Origin: Pelagibacteraceae bacterium
GTDB taxonomy: Bacteria; Pseudomonadota; Alphaproteobacteria; HIMB59
Reading direction: 5' to 3'
Assembly (NCBI GenBank): GCA_002705265.1
Contig: PAHR01000019.1
Location: 1,438-65,437, forward strand
Length of the DNA: 64,000 nucleotides
Of the stretch, positions 29,019 to 38,956 are shown piece by piece. Under the pieces are notes generated by a model, which had not been told where the DNA came from, made no database searches, and saw only the letters and a program-made list of their open reading frames with translations. Position numbers and translations under genes: made by a program. The stretch's first letter is position 1. Each line of letters begins with the position of its first letter.

Positions 29019-31643
29019 ATGAATAGTTTTGGAACATTAGATGAAATAAAAATTAACAATGGTATCTATGTTTTCCATAACTTAAGTAAGATTGAGGAAA
29101 AATTTAAAAAAATTTCTAGTCTGCCCAAATCGAAAAAAATTTTAATTGAAAATTTATTAAGGTTAGAAGACGGAATTAATATAACCAAAGATCTTTTGCA
29201 TAAAGTTTTAGAAAATCCTAATAAAAATCATGAAATATTTTTTTTACCCGCAAGAGTTTTAATGCAAGATTTTACCGGGGTTCCGGCGATTGCAGATTTG
29301 GCAGCTATGAGGAATGCAGTTGCCCATCAAGGTAAAAATCCGGATATAGTCAACCCTTTATCACAGGTTGATTTAGTTATTGATCATTCAGTAATGGTTG
29401 ATTATTTTGCAACCCCTGACTCTTTTAAGAAAAATGTTGAAATGGAGTTCGGAAGAAATAAAGAAAGATATGAATTTTTAAAATGGGGTCAAGAAGCATT
29501 CGAGAATTTTAGAGTTGTACCACCAGGAACTGGAATTTGTCATCAGGTTAACCTTGAGTATTTAGCAAAAGTTGTTTGGACTAAAAGTATAAATAATAAA
29601 AATTACATCTATCCTGACACTCTAGTTGGCACAGATAGCCATACAACTATGGTTAATGCTTTGGGAGTTTTAGGATGGGGAGTTGGAGGTATTGAAGCGG
29701 AGGCAGCTATGCTTGGACAGCCTGTATCAATGCTTATGCCAGATGTTTTGGGTTTTAATATTTCTAATTCACTCAGTGAAGGCGTAACAGCTACAGATTT
29801 AGTTTTAAAAGTTGTAGAAATGTTAAGAGAAAAAGGTGTAGTTGGAAAATTTGTTGAATTTTATGGAGATGGTTTAAAAAATCTTTCGTTGGCTGACAGG
29901 GCGACTATAGCTAATATGGCTCCTGAATATGGCGCTACTTGTGGATTTTTTGCTGTCGATGATGAAACAATTAAATATTTAGATTTAACGGCTCGCGGAG
30001 AAAAGCAAATTGAGTTAATTAAAGAGTATTCTATAATTCAAGGTTTATGGCAGGACAATAAATCAGAGTACAAGGATTCATTATCTCTAGATTTAAAAAC
30101 AATCAAAGCCTCTTTGGCAGGTCCTAAAAGACCTCAAGATAGAATTGATCTTGATAGAGTTAAAAATAATTTTCATGATTTCATCGCAAAAGATTTTAAG
30201 TCAACCGTAGTTGAAAATAAAACTTATAAAGTTTCTGACGGAAGCGTTGTGATTGCAGCTATCACATCATGCACCAATACTTCTAATCCAAATGTTTTAA
30301 TTGCAGCTGGTTTAGTAGCTCAGAAAGCAACTGAATTAGGTTTAGATGTTAAACCATGGGTTAAAACTTCTTTAGCCCCAGGATCAAAAGTGGTAACTGA
30401 ATATTTAAATAATGCGGGATTAAATAAATATTTAGATAAATTGGGTTTTCATTTAGTGGGATATGGCTGTACTACTTGTATCGGTAACTCAGGTCCTTTA
30501 GATCAAGATATATCTAATACAATTAGTAATGAAGGATTATCAGTGGCATCAGTCTTATCTGGTAATAGAAATTTTGAAGGAAGAGTTAATCCTTATGTAA
30601 AAGCAAACTATTTAGCTTCTCCTCCTTTAGTGGTAGCTTATGCTCTTGCAGGAACAGTAAATATAAATATGTTAGATGAACCTCTTGGAAAATCCTTAGA
30701 TGGAAATGATATTTATCTTAAGGATATATGGCCTACTAATTCTGAAATAAATGAAATCGTAGATCGCCATGTAACACAAAAAATATTTAATGATGAATAT
30801 CAAAATATTCTAGAAGGTACTGACGAATGGAAGATTATTAAGACTATAGATAGTGAGTTGTACGATTGGGACGACCAGTCAACTTATGTAAAAAAACCTC
30901 CATTTTTTGATCATTTTAATGGAAAAAATAAACCAATCACTAGTATTGAAAAAGCCAGACCTTTAATGCTTTTGGGTGACAGCATTACGACTGATCATAT
31001 TTCTCCAGCTGGAGCGATTAAAAAAGAAAGTCCTGCTGGAAATTATTTTATGGAAAAACAAATACTTAACAAAGATTTTAATTCATATGGAGCTAGAAGA
31101 GGAAACCATGAGGTTATGATGAGAGGAACATTTGCTAATATAAGAATTAAAAATAAATTTTTAAATGGTAAAGAGGGTGGTTATTCTATTTTACAGCCTG
31201 AAAATAAGGAAATGAGTGTTTATGAAGTTGCTATGACATATAAACAAAGAGGTGAGGATATGGTGATTTTTGCTGGAAAAGAATATGGTACAGGATCATC
31301 AAGAGACTGGGCAGCAAAAGGAACTAAATTACTTGGTATTAAGGCAGTAATTGCTGAGAGCTTTGAAAGAATTCATAGATCAAATTTAATTGGAATGGGA
31401 ATTCTTCCAATTCAGTTAAATAAAAAATTAAATACTAATGAGTTAAATATTAGCTCCACTGATTTAGTCTCCATAAGTCTTGATAATAATATTAAGCCAC
31501 TTCAGAATATAAAAGTTAAGCTTGAGCAATCAAATAAAGAGGTAACATTAGACTGCATTCTTCGAATAGATACCTTAAATGAACTAGAGTATTATAAATC
31601 TGACGGTATATTAAATTTTGTGCTTAAGGGCATTTTAAATTAA
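29019..31643 (+). CDS. acnA: aconitate hydratase A
   Basis: QDFTGVP, DSHTTM, SCTNTSNP, GCTTCIGNSG, GSSRDWAAKG. Confidence 0.97.
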   Translation: MNSFGTLDEIKINNGIYVFHNLSKIEEKFKKISSLPKSKKILIENLLRLEDGINITKDLLHKVLENPNKNHEIFFLPARVLMQDFTGVPAIADLAAMRNAVAHQGKNPDIVNPLSQVDLVIDHSVMVDYFATPDSFKKNVEMEFGRNKERYEFLKWGQEAFENFRVVPPGTGICHQVNLEYLAKVVWTKSINNKNYIYPDTLVGTDSHTTMVNALGVLGWGVGGIEAEAAMLGQPVSMLMPDVLGFNISNSLSEGVTATDLVLKVVEMLREKGVVGKFVEFYGDGLKNLSLADRATIANMAPEYGATCGFFAVDDETIKYLDLTARGEKQIELIKEYSIIQGLWQDNKSEYKDSLSLDLKTIKASLAGPKRPQDRIDLDRVKNNFHDFIAKDFKSTVVENKTYKVSDGSVVIAAITSCTNTSNPNVLIAAGLVAQKATELGLDVKPWVKTSLAPGSKVVTEYLNNAGLNKYLDKLGFHLVGYGCTTCIGNSGPLDQDISNTISNEGLSVASVLSGNRNFEGRVNPYVKANYLASPPLVVAYALAGTVNINMLDEPLGKSLDGNDIYLKDIWPTNSEINEIVDRHVTQKIFNDEYQNILEGTDEWKIIKTIDSELYDWDDQSTYVKKPPFFDHFNGKNKPITSIEKARPLMLLGDSITTDHISPAGAIKKESPAGNYFMEKQILNKDFNSYGARRGNHEVMMRGTFANIRIKNKFLNGKEGGYSILQPENKEMSVYEVAMTYKQRGEDMVIFAGKEYGTGSSRDWAAKGTKLLGIKAVIAESFERIHRSNLIGMGILPIQLNKKLNTNELNISSTDLVSISLDNNIKPLQNIKVKLEQSNKEVTLDCILRIDTLNELEYYKSDGILNFVLKGILN

Positions 31644-32533
31644 TTCTTAAGAAATTTTTGTTTTAAGAGATCATAAAGTTCTTGCGAGTCAAAAGAAAGC
31701 TTTCTACCAGATCTTTTAATTAGACCCATTACTCTTGTAACCTTTGGATCAATAAGAGGTCTAAATGATAGGCCTTGATATTCTTTAGAAATTGCAAGGC
31801 GGGGTGCCAGGGTGATACCCATGCCCTGTTCAACCATTTGGAGGGCATTTGGTACATGTCTAACCTCATAAGTCCACTCAAGACTTTCTTTATGTTGGGC
31901 CAGGGCATCTTCAAAATAAATTCTACTCCCCGAACCCTTCCAGACAGTAATAAAATCTCTTCCTTTAATTTCAGAAATTTTAATTTTTCTCTTTTTTACT
32001 AAAACATCTCCTTTAGGAAATATTACTACATATTCTTCTTCGAACAGTGGCTCAAATTCAATACCAGGTTCTTGAAGTCCCATAAAGTTAACAGCAAAAT
32101 CACACTCTCCACCAAGAACACTATCCACGACATAATTAGCTGATCTTTCAATAATTTGGACTTTGCAATTAGGATTACTTTTTTTAAATAATTTAATTGT
32201 TGGAAAAACAATATTTCTTAGAGATGTATTAACGGCTGATATTTTAACTATCGATGGGAAGCTATATTTTTCACTAAGTGTTTTTGTTGCTGTTTGAATT
32301 ACCTCTATAATACCTTTGGCGCGATCGAAAAAATTTCTTCCAGAGTAAGATAATTGAACCTTTCTAGTAGTTCGATCAAATAAGGATGTGCCCAATTCAT
32401 ACTCAAGTTTTTGAATTCTTCTAGATAATGCAGGTTGTGATAAATTTAAATTCTGCGCGGCTTTGGCAAAAGAGTTTGTTTCAGCAACTTCTATAAATGC
32501 TTCTATATCACCAATCTCAATATTAATGCGCAT
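31640..32533 (-). CDS. LysR-family transcriptional regulator
   Basis: SFAKAAQNLNLSQPALSRRIQKLE..LG..LFDR HTH. Confidence 0.93.
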   Translation of the reverse strand: MRINIEIGDIEAFIEVAETNSFAKAAQNLNLSQPALSRRIQKLEYELGTSLFDRTTRKVQLSYSGRNFFDRAKGIIEVIQTATKTLSEKYSFPSIVKISAVNTSLRNIVFPTIKLFKKSNPNCKVQIIERSANYVVDSVLGGECDFAVNFMGLQEPGIEFEPLFEEEYVVIFPKGDVLVKKRKIKISEIKGRDFITVWKGSGSRIYFEDALAQHKESLEWTYEVRHVPNALQMVEQGMGITLAPRLAISKEYQGLSFRPLIDPKVTRVMGLIKRSGRKLSFDSQELYDLLKQKFLKN

Positions 32534-32629
32534 TTAACATTAATATCAAATTTTACTATTAAAACTACTTAAATTAGTGCTTTCAGAAATATAGTAGTTA
32601 TATATATAAATAATTAGAAATTTGAATAT

Positions 32630-33607
32630 ATGAGAATATTGATTTTAGGTTCTGGTGCTTGGGGCACATCCTTAGCTCAGGTTTTTGCTTCAAAAAAACA
32701 TTTTGTAAAAATTTGGTCATATGAAAAGACCGTAAGTAATCAAATAAATAAAAAAAAGATAAATAAAAAATATCTAAACAATATTCAATTATCTAAAAAT
32801 ATTATATCAATAACTAATATTTCTAATTCAGATGAATTTGACTTTGTCTTTTATGTTAGCCCAGCACAACATCTATTAAATGTTCTTAATTCTAGTCTTA
32901 TATTAAAAAAAATTGATAATTTAGTTATTTGTTCCAAGGGAATAGATATTAAATCTGGCAAAGTGATTTCAGATATTTTTTTAAAACGTTATAAATCAAA
33001 AAATATACATGTCCTCTCAGGACCTAGCTTCGCTAGAGAGATCGCTTTAGGTCTTCCAGCAGCGTTAAGCTTAGGTTCAAAAATAAAATCAAATAAATTG
33101 ATTTCATTATTTAAGAATACAAATATTAGGATATATTTTTCTCAACATTATAAGTCGATCCAATTACTAGGAGCTATAAAAAATTCTTATGCAATAGGAT
33201 CAGGTATTATTGAAGGTTTAAATTTAGGAGAAAATGCGAGAGCCGCCTATTTAACAAGAGTTCTTCAAGAAGTAAAAATTTTATTAAAAATATTTAAGTC
33301 AGATGAATCTTTTGTTGAGTCTCTAGCTGGTATTGGTGATTTAATGTTAACTTGTAGCTCAACTCAATCTAGAAATTTTAAGTTAGGATTAACCTTAGCC
33401 AAAGGAGGCAAAGCTTTAAAGTATATCCAAGAAAATATTAATATTAATGAAGGTTATTTTACAGCACTTGCTGTTACTAAAAATAAAAAAATAAATTTAA
33501 ATAAACTTCCTATACTTAATTCAATCATAAAAGTTATTAAAGGCAGGTCTCCAAAAAAAGAAGTTCAAGCACTGCTTTCCAGGTCTTTTAAAAAAGAGTT
33601 ATTTTAA
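32630..33607 (+). CDS. gpsA: NAD(P)H-dependent glycerol-3-phosphate dehydrogenase
   Basis: GSGAWG, SGPSFA, KN, GIGDL.LTC.S..SRN. Confidence 0.93.
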   Translation: MRILILGSGAWGTSLAQVFASKKHFVKIWSYEKTVSNQINKKKINKKYLNNIQLSKNIISITNISNSDEFDFVFYVSPAQHLLNVLNSSLILKKIDNLVICSKGIDIKSGKVISDIFLKRYKSKNIHVLSGPSFAREIALGLPAALSLGSKIKSNKLISLFKNTNIRIYFSQHYKSIQLLGAIKNSYAIGSGIIEGLNLGENARAAYLTRVLQEVKILLKIFKSDESFVESLAGIGDLMLTCSSTQSRNFKLGLTLAKGGKALKYIQENININEGYFTALAVTKNKKINLNKLPILNSIIKVIKGRSPKKEVQALLSRSFKKELF

Positions 33608-33617
33608 AAAATTAATA

Positions 33618-33845
33618 TCAATCAGGGTTATGCAATAAAAAATTAATATAATTAATCACAAAGTCCATCTTATCGTCATCTAAGTCTTTATATGACATGC
33701 CAAATTTTTGTTTAATACATAAAGAGATGTGAGCATAAGCGTTTCTCCCCCTAGGATGATAAGTGGAGGGTTTGAGTTTTGGCTGAAGTTCATCACCAGT
33801 TTTTTGGATTAGGGCCCAAATAGTCTTGCGATTATTTTCATTCAT
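33618..33845 (-). CDS. conserved hypothetical small protein
   Basis: 75 aa with HPRGRNAYAH motif; fills an intergenic gap. Confidence 0.7.
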   Translation of the reverse strand: MNENNRKTIWALIQKTGDELQPKLKPSTYHPRGRNAYAHISLCIKQKFGMSYKDLDDDKMDFVINYINFLLHNPD

Positions 33846-33848
33846 GGC

Positions 33849-33944
33849 CTAGGCCCCAGTTTGAAAATATGCTTCTAATATATATCTTATAATCTGAAAT
33901 CCAATTCCACAAAATATTATAATTGCTATGATTTGCTTGTTCAT
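33849..33944 (-). CDS. putative 31-aa membrane peptide (not in the ORF track)
   Basis: MNKQIIAIIIFCGIGFQIIRYILEAYFQTGA*, ending 3 nt before the next ATG. Confidence 0.45.
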   Translation of the reverse strand: MNKQIIAIIIFCGIGFQIIRYILEAYFQTGA

Positions 33945-33976
33945 TTTTTTATACTATAAGTTAATTTAAAATTATT

Positions 33977-34348
33977 ATGAAAACATTTATTTATTTATTT
34001 TTCTTCTCTCTTTTGACTCTTACAGCTAAATCCAATATAATTGATTTGTTTCCTTATACTTGTCTATGTGATAAATCAAATTCATTTAAGTTTTTTGATT
34101 GTAAAAATAAAATTGGTGGAGCAATTTTAGAATTAGATGCCAACCAAAAAATAATTTTTAATTCAGCTGATGAGAAATATTATGAGATCTATGAATTAGG
34201 TGACTCTCTATCAGCTTTCTATAATACAAATAACTATGAATCATCAATAACTATAGATCCTAACTTATCTATGACATTTAAGATTCTTTACCCAGAGTAT
34301 GAAAAAGAATGGTCATATAAATTAAAGTGCATATCTGTTAAACAATAG
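33977..34348 (+). CDS. hypothetical exported protein
   Basis: Signal-peptide-like N-terminus, 4 Cys. Confidence 0.65.
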   Translation: MKTFIYLFFFSLLTLTAKSNIIDLFPYTCLCDKSNSFKFFDCKNKIGGAILELDANQKIIFNSADEKYYEIYELGDSLSAFYNTNNYESSITIDPNLSMTFKILYPEYEKEWSYKLKCISVKQ

Positions 34349-34363
34349 TATGTTAGACCAGTT

Positions 34364-35239
34364 TTGATAAAGAAATCTTACATAATTCCATTTTTAATTT
34401 CTATTATCGGATACGCCTTTATGGTTTCAATGGATACCTCAGTGAAGTTAATAGGAGACAAGTACCCTATATTTCAATTATTATTTTTGAACTCATTGTT
34501 TTCACTGCTCCCAATCAGTTTTTTTGTTATAAAAAATCATGGTTTAGTTTTTTTAAAAAAACAAAATTTCAAATTTCAAATAGTAAGAGGTTTTCTCCAT
34601 GCAGGGGGTTTTTTGTTTGTTTTAAGTGGTGTTACTAAAATACCCTTATCAGTTGTGTACCCTGTTTTATTTAGTTCACCTTTAATTTTATTAGTACTCT
34701 CTCATTTTTTTCTGAAAGATAATATAAATAGCATAAGGGTCATTGCCTTGATTATAGGATTTACTGGGATCATCATATCTTCAGAACCTTTTGGGACAAA
34801 CTCAATATCATTTTTAGGAGTGTTTGAAGTTTTTATAGGGGCAGTTTTTATTGCGATTACAAATTTAATAACAAGAAAATATGAACACTTAGCTTCATCT
34901 TATGAAACATCTTTTTTTAGTATGTTTATTAGTGTACTAATTTTTTTTCTTATAATGTCCTCAAACTTTATTTTAATGCCTCTTAATGACATGATTATAT
35001 CTGTAATAGGCGGTCTTTGTGCAGGTTTTGGAGTATCAGCAATCATATTTGGAGCAAGAACTTTGCCTGCATCCATATTCGGCACAACGAGCTATTTTCA
35101 ACTTGCTTATGGCGTTATATTAGGTTGGCTATTTTTTAATCAACTCCCAACTAATGAAAATTTACTTGGAATTTTATTTGTTATCATCGCAGGTGGTATT
35201 TTATTTTTTTTTGATAAGCAATCAAAAATTTCTCCATAA
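34364..35239 (+). CDS. DMT/EamA family transporter
   Basis: MDTSVK, about 10 TM segments, FSSPL..L...FLKD, Y.QL....LGWL.F...P. Confidence 0.85.
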   Translation: MIKKSYIIPFLISIIGYAFMVSMDTSVKLIGDKYPIFQLLFLNSLFSLLPISFFVIKNHGLVFLKKQNFKFQIVRGFLHAGGFLFVLSGVTKIPLSVVYPVLFSSPLILLVLSHFFLKDNINSIRVIALIIGFTGIIISSEPFGTNSISFLGVFEVFIGAVFIAITNLITRKYEHLASSYETSFFSMFISVLIFFLIMSSNFILMPLNDMIISVIGGLCAGFGVSAIIFGARTLPASIFGTTSYFQLAYGVILGWLFFNQLPTNENLLGILFVIIAGGILFFFDKQSKISP

Positions 35240-35302
35240 AATAGTATCAATTAAAATTGATAGTGATTAATTTTTAAATTAATTTAAAATTGATATTTTA
35301 AA

Positions 35303-35782
35303 ATGAATAAATTTATAATTACTTTTCTTATAATTATTTTTAGTACATTATATGTAAATGCTGAAGAAGTAACTAATACTTTTGGTGATTGGCAATATTA
35401 TTGCTCAGATAATTTAGAAAGACCTAATTGTGAAATAAGACAATTTGCAATTGATAATTCTACAAATGAAATTGTAAGCTTAATATCTTTAAACTTTAAT
35501 CCAGAAAATAATACTCAACTATTGGTTGGATTACCCCACTTAATTAATTTAAAAATTCCAGCTATAGTTAATGTTGATGAAAAAGGTAAGAGTGAAGTAG
35601 CCTATACTTATTGTAATGAGAATGCTTGTTTTATAGCTGAAGTACTTACAGAGGAGTACCTTAATTTGTTAAAAGCAGGCAATATTTTTTCAATAGAAAG
35701 TAAGCTAATAAATAATGAAAAATTTAAAGTTAATTTCTCTCTTAAGGGCTTCACAGAAGCAATTAAAAATTTAAATAATTAA
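35303..35782 (+). CDS. invasion-associated locus B (IalB) family protein
   Basis: Signal peptide, FGDW...C...C, C...C, L.GF..A. Confidence 0.8.
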   Translation: MNKFIITFLIIIFSTLYVNAEEVTNTFGDWQYYCSDNLERPNCEIRQFAIDNSTNEIVSLISLNFNPENNTQLLVGLPHLINLKIPAIVNVDEKGKSEVAYTYCNENACFIAEVLTEEYLNLLKAGNIFSIESKLINNEKFKVNFSLKGFTEAIKNLNN

Positions 35783-35783
35783 A

Positions 35784-35996
35784 TTATCTAACTTTTTCAT
35801 CATCTTTATAAAATCTTGGGTCATGCTCATCAAGCTTTATTCCATTAAATTTTTTATAAAATGATTTAAAAGCTTTTTGCTCAAGATTTTCTAATGGAGT
35901 TGTAGTAAATATTTTTTTTGCTTCTTCTTCTGAATTTGCCTCTACAGAGACATCAAAATCATATGACATTGTCATGCTTATTGTAAATTTTCTCAT
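35784..35996 (-). CDS. 70-aa hypothetical protein, paralogue of 53464..53679
   Basis: AGAGG RBS upstream; VEANSEEEAK and DPRFYKDDEKVR motifs. Confidence 0.75.
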   Translation of the reverse strand: MRKFTISMTMSYDFDVSVEANSEEEAKKIFTTTPLENLEQKAFKSFYKKFNGIKLDEHDPRFYKDDEKVR

Positions 35997-36052
35997 TGTT
36001 TATACCTCTGAAAAAATAATAAGTTTTTTTTAAATTTAATAAATAATAAATA

Positions 36053-37570
36053 TTAATTATTTTTTGAGACTTTAATTTTATCTTTTATAAAATACAGGCA
36101 GATTAAAGAAGGTATTACCATTAAAGCGGTAATAATAAAGAATAATCCCCAATCTCCACCTAATCCATCTACCATAGCACCAGACGATGAAGCCAAAAGA
36201 GTTCTACCTGCTGTACCTACAGAAGCAAGAAGAGCATATTGTGTAGCGGTAAAATTTCTGTCAACTAATAAAGAAATAAAGGTGACAAAAGCCACAGTAG
36301 CAAAGGCTGCAGCTAAATCATCTAATATTACAGCAAATGCAAATAATAGTTTAGATGGCCCAATCCAAGCTAGAAAAGAAAATAATATATTAGTAGCTGC
36401 CATTGCTATACCTGCAAAAACAAGAGTTCTAACTATCCCTGATCTCATTGCTATGGCTCCACCCAGAAGCGTAAATACAATTGTTGTAATCCAACCAAGA
36501 GCCTTAGAGTAAATAGCTATATCACCCTTAGAAAAACCAATCTCTTTATAAAAAACGAGACTCATTCTACCAAGAAAAGCTTCACCTATTTTGAATAAGA
36601 AAACAAAAGTTAAAATAGCGATACCAATTTTTACTCCATTGTTATTAAAAAAACTACTTAAGGGATTAGCAACAACATTATTAAGGTAGTAAAAAATTTT
36701 TGATAAAAAATAATCTTCACCAAAAGATTTTATAAAAAAGGAGAAAGCAAAAAATAGCATAGCAATAAATCCAAAAGTAATACCGCCATTCGTAAACCAT
36801 ATTTTTCCAAAAAATTTTCCGATTAAAAAACACAAAGCTCCAACAGCTAAAAACATATAACCAGCATTTATTAGACTTCCAGGGTTCGCATTTGAAGTAT
36901 CGGTATTGACAATATTTTGAAATCTTTCTTTATTTGATTCAGGTATAAAATTTAATCCAATATTACATAATACAATTATCGAAATTAAAAAAATAAAAGT
37001 AACTTGCCAGTAATTTTCGACGCCACTAATTTCTAACTGTTCAGCAATCTCTAAGCAAATATAACCACCAAGTTTAAAGCCAGTCCACCAACCAACTACT
37101 GCCATTGCAGCTCCTGCGGCCATACTTGCAGTTTCTTCTTTTTTAATTTGCTCGATTCTAAGTGCATCTATAGTAATATCTTGAGTTGCTGATGAAATAG
37201 CAATAGCAAGACCAATACCAATTATTAAAGCTAAATTTTGAGTTGGGTCAAGAACACTCCATAAAATCAGAGATACAAGAATAACTGACTGCATAAGAAT
37301 AATTATGGATTTTCTGTGACCAATTTTGTCAGTTAAAAATGGTATTCGAATCCTATCTATTATAGGAGCCCATAAAAAATTAATAGCATAAACACCAAAA
37401 ATTAATCCTGCCCATCCGATAGTACTTCTACTTAACCCTTCTTCTTTTAACCAAAGAGATAGGGCGCTTGCAATTAAAACCCAAGGGAAACCACTCATAA
37501 CTCCTAACAAAAGAATTCTTATCATTCTTCGGTCCAAATAAGGAGTTATACTCTGCTTAAACGAATCCAT
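36053..37570 (-). CDS. ampG: AmpG muropeptide MFS permease
   Basis: SGFP, FLWAPIID, SATQDI.IDALRIE, TATQYALL. Confidence 0.9.
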   Translation of the reverse strand: MDSFKQSITPYLDRRMIRILLLGVMSGFPWVLIASALSLWLKEEGLSRSTIGWAGLIFGVYAINFLWAPIIDRIRIPFLTDKIGHRKSIIILMQSVILVSLILWSVLDPTQNLALIIGIGLAIAISSATQDITIDALRIEQIKKEETASMAAGAAMAVVGWWTGFKLGGYICLEIAEQLEISGVENYWQVTFIFLISIIVLCNIGLNFIPESNKERFQNIVNTDTSNANPGSLINAGYMFLAVGALCFLIGKFFGKIWFTNGGITFGFIAMLFFAFSFFIKSFGEDYFLSKIFYYLNNVVANPLSSFFNNNGVKIGIAILTFVFLFKIGEAFLGRMSLVFYKEIGFSKGDIAIYSKALGWITTIVFTLLGGAIAMRSGIVRTLVFAGIAMAATNILFSFLAWIGPSKLLFAFAVILDDLAAAFATVAFVTFISLLVDRNFTATQYALLASVGTAGRTLLASSSGAMVDGLGGDWGLFFIITALMVIPSLICLYFIKDKIKVSKNN

Positions 37571-37632
37571 AAAATAATACTAAATATTAATACAGCAATA
37601 TAAACATGTTTATTTAGAATTATAAAAAATGG

Positions 37633-38172
37633 CTAATTTAAAGGCGCAGGATTGTCAGACAGAGATCTAAGCCATAATATAATATCAGCTCTATCTGAAT
37701 CTTTCTTTAATCCATTATAATTCATTTTAGTTCCCTTGATATATTTTTTAGGTTTTAAAAGAAACTTATTTAATTCTGAATAGCTCCATTCCCCCCCAAA
37801 TTCTACTAAAGCTGCAGAGTAAGCAAATCCATCAACAGAACCCTTAGTTCTATTAATTAAGTTCCACATATTTGGACCAACCTTATTTGCACCACCTTTA
37901 TCAAAAGAATGACAGGTTGCACATTTTTTTGATAACTTCTCACCATTTTCTAGAGAAGCCATTGCAAGCATAGGAATAATTTCAGGTAAGCTCTCAAATG
38001 GGTCAACAGTCTCCTCACTAGAAGCATTAGATGATGTGTCTTCTGGAACATCAATTTTATATGCTGTTTGCTCTGGAAACTCTGGATGAATAAGTAGATC
38101 GCCTACTTTTGAGAACATAGCTATAAGCAGTAGAGCCAAAATAATTGCTCCAAGAATTTTATTAGTTTCCAT
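37633..38172 (-). CDS. membrane-anchored cytochrome c (CycM/c552-like)
   Basis: N-terminal TM segment, CATCH heme motif, GPNM, GTKM. Confidence 0.92.
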   Translation of the reverse strand: METNKILGAIILALLLIAMFSKVGDLLIHPEFPEQTAYKIDVPEDTSSNASSEETVDPFESLPEIIPMLAMASLENGEKLSKKCATCHSFDKGGANKVGPNMWNLINRTKGSVDGFAYSAALVEFGGEWSYSELNKFLLKPKKYIKGTKMNYNGLKKDSDRADIILWLRSLSDNPAPLN

Positions 38173-38233
38173 ATATCAAGAAGAAGTCTATTTTAATCAA
38201 AATGGCACTTAAAACGGATTTTTGTCGCACAGA

Positions 38234-38956
38234 ATGAATATAGTTACCTTAATACCTGTAAGATTAGCTTCTACCCGTTTCCCAAATAAGCCATTTTCAA
38301 AAATTAAAGGCCTGCCAATGTTTCATTTTGTTTATAATAAAATTATTAATGAATATCCAAGTACATATTTAGCTACTTGCGATGAAGAAATTGAAAACTA
38401 TTGTTTAATTAATAATATAAATTTTATTCATACTAATGATACTCATATTTCAGGAACTGATAGAATTGGAGAAGCTATAAATTTTTTGGAAAAGAAATAT
38501 GAATTTGATAGTGTAATTAATGTTCAGGGAGACATGCCTTTTATTAATCCAAAGCACATTGAGCTTTTAACAAAAAATTTAAATGAATATGTAATGTCAA
38601 CTTTATGTTGCCCTTTTATAAATAAAAAAGAATTTCTTGATACTAATAAAGTAAAAGTATTAATTAAAGAGCATAAAAGATCTTTTTTTTCTAAAAACTT
38701 TAGTAGAGTTAAATTGAGTGAGTCAGTAATGAATAAAAATACATTTCATCATATTGGTATTTATGGATATAAAAAAAGTTTCTTAAAAGATTTTGTTAAT
38801 GCTTCTCCAAGCAAAAGAGAGCAATTAGAGAAATTAGAGCAATTAAGAGTTATTGCAAATACAAAAATAGGTATTTCTATTATAGAGGAAAATATTTTAG
38901 GCGTTGATACGGAAGAGGATTTGATTAGAGTAAATGAAATATTAAATAATGAATAA
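38234..38956 (+). CDS. kdsB: 3-deoxy-manno-octulosonate cytidylyltransferase (ATG at 38234 preferred as start)
   Basis: IPVRLASTRFPNKP, SGTDRI, NVQGD, HIGIYGY, EKLEQLR. Confidence 0.92.
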   Translation: MNIVTLIPVRLASTRFPNKPFSKIKGLPMFHFVYNKIINEYPSTYLATCDEEIENYCLINNINFIHTNDTHISGTDRIGEAINFLEKKYEFDSVINVQGDMPFINPKHIELLTKNLNEYVMSTLCCPFINKKEFLDTNKVKVLIKEHKRSFFSKNFSRVKLSESVMNKNTFHHIGIYGYKKSFLKDFVNASPSKREQLEKLEQLRVIANTKIGISIIEENILGVDTEEDLIRVNEILNNE

